Source: the human T2T-CHM13v2.0 reference genome, Homo sapiens
Assembly: GCF_009914755.1 (NCBI RefSeq)
Contig: NC_060927.1
Length of the DNA stretch: 64,000 bases
Strand: one strand, 5' to 3'
Part shown: positions 59,390 through 64,000 of the stretch, in pieces
Position numbering within the stretch: the first letter of the stretch is position 1
How the letters are laid out: each line of letters begins with the position of its first letter
The notes under the pieces: model-generated
Seen by the model: only the letters and a program-made list of their open reading frames with translations
Database searches by the model: none
Told to the model about the DNA's origin: nothing
Made by a program: the position numbers and the translations under genes

Positions 59390-59426
59390 CCATAAACTTA
59401 TAAAGTGGCTGTCACTTTATAAAAGG
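59390..59426 (-). pseudogene. Fossil exon E4 (37 nt, PFIK*QPLYKFM)
   Basis: gcttttcttag| ... TGG|gtgagg; phase 0-1; one TGA. Confidence 0.65.
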
Positions 59427-59551
59427 CTAAGAAAAGCTATTTCGCTGAAAACCTTATTGACTGTTTTAATGACATCACATTTGTAGTTCTGTTATGAGGA
59501 AATAAATCATGGAAGGAGTGAGGAGAAGTTTAGCAATAGTTGTGGTCTTAC

Positions 59552-59584
59552 TTGCTGTGTGGTGGGTCTCAGATGCCCTATATG
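59552..59584 (-). pseudogene. Fossil exon E3 (33 nt, HIGHLRPTTQQ)
   Basis: tttctacttgcatag| ... CAA|gtaaga; open, phase 0-0. Confidence 0.6.
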
Positions 59585-59783
59585 CTATGCAAGTAGAAAT
59601 CATTGCTTATCATTTTAATGTAAGTTTGATTGGAATGTGACTAATTACATAATAGTTATACAAAAAAACATATTCTAGATCAGCTAATTAAGCAATATAA
59701 AATATGTTTTGTGCACAAATAAAGAAACATATTGTTTCATTCCTATAAGATACATAAATAAAGTTATTTTGGACTGATAAATA

Positions 59784-61979
<2,196 letters not shown>

Positions 61980-63148
61980 GTAAATCTTTTTAAGAAAAAT
62001 TTATAGTATAAATTAATAGTTTAAAGATGGCAATTTTTATTTAGATAGATCAAAAAAAATGCTGTCACAGAGAGATGTGAATTGAACTACCTATTGAGGA
62101 AGTATGTTATCATTAATGCTTTCTCACAATTTCTTTCATATTAAGGATTTTAAAAAGTTAAATTATATACAATTTCATTTGTATCATCACTATAGTTTCT
62201 TTATCAAATATGTGTTGAGTAAATGCTGTGTTTCAGACATTGTGCTGGAATTGGAGATATAATGGTAATGAAATGAAGGATGCCTCATGGATCTTACAGT
62301 CTAATTGAGGTAGAAATACAAATACACATACATATATACAACACATATGCACATACTAAATAATCACACAAATATATGAATATTTACTTTCAGATAATGT
62401 TACTAAATTGTGGTTATTTCTGTGCTGGCAAGAAACACCCAGTTTCTTGAAATTTACTTTTCAATGACTTCTTCCAAATTTAATCCTGTTTATGCCTAAG
62501 GATTTTTGTTGTTGTTTTTTTAATCTCTTAAAGTTGCACATTGAATCACTGCTGATTTGTATGCATGAAGTTACCAGGACTTCTAATTTTGTACCAAGTT
62601 TATATGTGCTAATATTTTCCATTAGTAAAGAAGACTGAAAGATGCCTCAGTTGCCTGGAATTTATGCCACCAAGGAAAAACAGTGATTAGTGTGTTTAAA
62701 GAGTTAGATCATTGGGTTAATCATGCTTTGCCATAGTATCATTGCTATCCTTTAAATAAAAAAAAAAGGTTTAGTTAGAAAATTTTTTAACAAGATAAAA
62801 TTAACCACAGACTATAACGAAAAGTAATTTCAGCAGGATTATTTATTCTCCCAAAGTTGAAAAAACAACAAACCAAAAAAGGTGTATATGTGACATCTAC
62901 TTAATTTTTTAAATATGATTATTTCCATCTTTTGTTCTTTGATCTCCACATGAGCAGAGACACATAAAGTGGCAATGGGGCCAAGGGTGCTAGATGGCTT
63001 GGCATTCATTAACTATGGCAATTAGCACCATTTAGATTGATATGTTCCCAAGATGAAAGTAAGAATTGGACTAGACAAAAAAAATGATGATCGCATTTGT
63101 GAAAGTGGAACAACACTGACCAACAAGAAACAAAGAAACAGAGCTCAC

Positions 63149-63233
63149 CTTAAAAGACTTGGAATATTTGAAAAATTGATTATGAGATAAGATAATTTCA
63201 ACATAACTACAATTCCTTGAAGAGTTATTAATG
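63149..63233 (-). pseudogene. Fossil exon E2 (85 nt, INNSSRNCSYVEIILSHNQFFKYSKSFK); alternative acceptor at 63275
   Basis: Pyrimidine tract then gaag| ... AAG|gtgagc; open, phase 2-0. Confidence 0.55.
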
Positions 63234-63858
63234 CTTCGGTAGCATTAAAGTAAAATGAAAAGACACCAGGGCAGTCTGCTTTAATAGCTTGCTGGCTTGA
63301 ACCCTAATACATAATGTTCTTGTAATAGTTTATGGGTGACTGCAGTAAATTGGTAGTGAATGTTTTTCATTTTTTTGGCTCTTCATATCAGATCTGCTCT
63401 TGGAGAACATTTTGTTCTGAGAATATTATGAAGGCAGTTCATCTACTTTAGAAGTTGCTTGACAATTTTAATACAGTGTTAACTTTTCTCCCCTCCAGAT
63501 TGTGTGATTTTTTTGTCCTTTGTACCCGACATCAATTTATGGTTTGAAATTCAGCAATTTGCTCAGTTATACTTTACCTACCCTGACTAAATATTTTAAG
63601 TGCTGCCACAAGAAAAGAAAAAATCTAATTTTTCCCAATGTTGTTGTTACCCCTCTCTGTTTATATAGCAGTTTAAATCTGCCCTTCATCTTGACAGAGA
63701 AAAAATTTTAGATGGATTAATTTTGAACCTAAATAATTTGTTGACAAATAATTTATGATCATATTCAGGGGTTGTTTTGAGGTAAAAAGAAAACTGCATT
63801 GAATGAATTATACCAAGTGAAATCATGGTATTTTAAACAAAATGAGGTTTATAATTAC

Positions 63859-63897
63859 CTGGGATTTAGTGAACAAAAGTATGTGATGCAGGGCTCC
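63859..63897 (-). pseudogene. Fossil exon E1 (39 nt, EPCITYFCSLNP)
   Basis: cactaaattcttcag| ... CAG|gtaatt; open in phase 2-2 (also open in phase 0). Confidence 0.55.
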
Positions 63898-64000
63898 CTG
63901 AAGAATTTAGTGCATGTCCTATGTTTTAGTGCTTCAAGCAGCAAATATTATGTATATACAATAAAAAAGGAAGTTGCAGACTTAATACATACTGAAATGG

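Noticed and set aside
62458-62495. Extra minus-strand 38-nt exon
   Set aside because: Weak acceptor and a stop in every frame. It fits only with alternative acceptors of E2 and E3, so it was left out of the model but is not excluded.

Overview
AT-rich primate (human-like) genomic DNA with no intact protein-coding gene. Much of it is interspersed repeat: 7 Alu/FLAM copies (all + strand), several L1s (two with twin-priming inversions, one with a likely 3' transduction), a MaLR solo LTR, and L2, MIR, hAT and simple repeats. The main result, invisible in the ORF track, is a minus-strand chain of at least 27 small exons (24-214 nt) from 63897 to 10635, probably continuing to about 5800 or beyond. 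They have AG/GT(GC) boundaries and can be spliced in one reading frame of 633 codons with 13 stops (9 TGA, 3 TAG, 1 TAA). This is best read as an unprocessed pseudogene of a large lost protein, possibly with RGS-like repeats (by-eye inference), which may survive as a spliced lncRNA. I cannot name the locus. Exon boundaries were picked by hand, some are ambiguous, and repeat subfamily calls are by eye.
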